DNA of 64,000 nt from Lytechinus pictus (Eukaryota), in contig NC_087250.1 in the NCBI RefSeq assembly GCF_037042905.1, positions 12,092,001-12,156,000 of the forward strand. Reading direction: 5' to 3'. Positions 61,976 to 64,000 of this stretch are shown here, piece by piece. The notes under the pieces are model-generated. The model was not told the DNA's origin. It saw only the letters and a program-made list of their open reading frames with translations, and searched no databases. Within the stretch, counting starts at the first letter, position 1; each line of letters starts with the position of its first letter. The position numbers and the translations under genes are program-made.

Positions 61976-62177
61976 GGCGCGATAGCTCAGTCGGTAAAGC
62001 GGGGGTTTCGGATTCCGGTGACCCGAGTTCGATTCCCAAGTGGCAGGTACGCTAAGTGCCCTTTGGTATAAGGCATTTATCCTCATTACCAGTTCCCTCG
62101 GAGAGGACCTTAAGCCGTTGGTCCCATGGTTGCTTGCTCACAGGCATTTGTTCTTTCGTAGCAATCAGGTAAAAAAA
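61976..62177 (+). mobile_element. tRNA-derived SINE
   Basis: A-box TAGCTCAGTCGG, B-box GAGTTCGATTCC, a tRNA-unrelated body and an A-rich tail; second copy at 41371-41564 (-). Confidence 0.85.
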
Positions 62178-64000
62178 CATCGATAATTTTTTTTTTAAAG
62201 TTTTTTTTCTTGGTCGTGAAAAAATTGGGGGGGGGGGGGGGGAGAAGCGCCTCCAAGCCCTACCCAAATCTGTAGACTGAGTAATTTGGAGGGGGTTGCA
62301 ATATGGCATATCGGGTAACCTTTTTTGTTTATGCGAGGGAGCGAAGCAAGCGAGCAAAAAAATCTACCTTTTTTAAATACAAAAATCCAATATTGTCAGA
62401 TTTTTGCACATTGTTCAACAAATAATATGACATTTCAACTTTCTGTCTTTCCACTTCTCTGTTTTTCTTGGTCGTGATTTTTTTTTCTTTCTGTAGACTG
62501 AGATCGTGTAAAATAGAAGTCGGATAAAATGCAAGGGCCAGCTATAATAAGCAGGAAACCGCTTGAAACAATATAGGCCTACATATTTTAATGAAATGAT
62601 GTCACGAAGTAGAAAATATATATTCTAGAAACTTAAGTAGGTATATAAGGAGTGACATGCAAAATAGCGCATGCAACTTTTGAGTGCAGGTGTTTTTGTT
62701 TGTTTTGATTGATTGATTTTTTTTAATTGTTTTCTTGCATGGGTTTTGTTCGGTTTGGTTTTATTTCATTTGTTTTGCCTGGTTTTTTTTTTTTTTTTTT
62801 TTTTTTGGGGGGGGGGGGGCGACCTGTTTGATAATGTACGCTGCTTTGATTTCTTTTTGTTTTATTTCGGGATAGGCTAAAAGATACATGTAGGCCTAGC
62901 GCATACACTTGGAACGTTTTTTTAGGGGTTACTGGTTTTTTGGGGAAAAAATTACAATAAGCAAAATAAAAAGGAAATTTTTTCCGAAATGAATGGCATT
63001 TTGGTCGGGAACTTTTTTAAAAAGAATAACGAAAGAAAAAACGATTTCACTCCAATAGTAAAGGTGACTTTGGTTACATTTTCATTTGCTTCGCATCACA
63101 CTTCCAGGGGGTGCTGCCCCTAAACTGCTTTAGGGGGTTATTTTGCACACAGAGAAAAACTCGTTTAGGGGTGTTAATTGGAAATTATTTGGGCACGCGT
63201 GTGTACAGCAATACATTTGACTGCCCCTCCCTCCGGGGTGCTGCCTAGGCTATACATGGTCACATCCAGCCCCCCCCCCCCCCACCCCAGCGCCCTGCCG
63301 CTTCCGAGGGCCATGCATAATTATTTTACGCGTTGACTGGGCAAGAAGTCTACTCACTTTTAGTCAATCAGTTATGCAAATTATTTCGAGGCACGCGTCA
63401 AGATATTGCGTAATCGCTAAATTGACGTTAACTTTAGACAGGAACCTGTGAAGTAAATATTACACGTGACGGCGTGAGTAATAAAATCTTTGAATAAGTT
63501 ATCATCGTTAGTCCGACTCTATTGGAGGAGGAGGCCAATTTGTGATAAGTGCGTGTGTAAAGTCACAGTATTTTCGGATTCGGTAGAGTAAAAAATGTCG
63601 TATGATCCTTTGTGTAGTCCCATGAATGTGCATTTTTGTAAGTTGCGCCATATTACTTAGCTGCTGTGCATCACTGCATGCAATGTGTGTGAATATGTTC
63701 TGAACTGAAGGCGTAAGTGAAGAGAGAGAGAGAGAGAGAAAATAATGATCACTAACTAAGAGGTCAAGATTTTGTCACCTATGACCTCGGTCACACTTCA
63801 TGGCTGTAGATTAAAGACTATATGAGATAATTCATAATTATCGTTAATCAGAAGTCAAATTCAAGACCATGTAACTCGAAGTCGAACTTTGACTTAGTTT
63901 GAGTGAGTCAAAGACAAAAGTCAAGTCAAAGAAACGTCTGTAGTAAAATGGGTAATATTTACAAGATTGCGCAATTCCAAGCATTACTAGAAACTGAGAA

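Noticed and set aside
61976..62045. tRNA-like sequence (also at 41495-41564)
   Set aside because: It has A and B boxes but no matching acceptor stem, and it continues into a shared non-tRNA body with an A-tail. It is a SINE head, not a tRNA gene.
63300..63560. CpG- and motif-rich patch with a minus-strand GTGAGT donor-like site near 63357
   Set aside because: It could be a promoter or non-coding exon, but no matching acceptor before exon 1 and no ORF support it.

Overview
This is an AT-rich, repeat-dense eukaryotic (metazoan) window. The repeat landscape looks echinoderm/sea-urchin-like, but that is an impression and not demonstrated. One minus-strand, 11-coding-exon gene of the leprecan / prolyl 3-hydroxylase (P3H) family spans 6530-59624. 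I reconstructed every exon by hand with GT-AG ends and matching phases (3366 nt, 1121 aa). The protein has a signal peptide, a TPR-like N-domain with all four CxxxC motifs, an unusual 491-aa acidic single-exon insert, and an intact 2OG-Fe(II) dioxygenase domain (HAD...H...R), but no KDEL. The main observation is that exon 5 looks like a composite exon. It can splice at an internal phase-0 donor (40726) to give the full enzyme, or read on in frame for 158 more codons to a stop at 40249, giving a 538-aa non-catalytic CRTAP/SC65-like protein. One locus may therefore encode both the enzyme and its partner subunit. Introns hold many non-autonomous DNA transposons (MITEs), tRNA-derived SINEs, a Helentron-associated-like element and simple repeats. 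Three 23-30 bp palindromes with 7-bp target duplications look like P-family transposon excision footprints. Most ORFs in the supplied track are artefacts of simple repeats or antisense frames.
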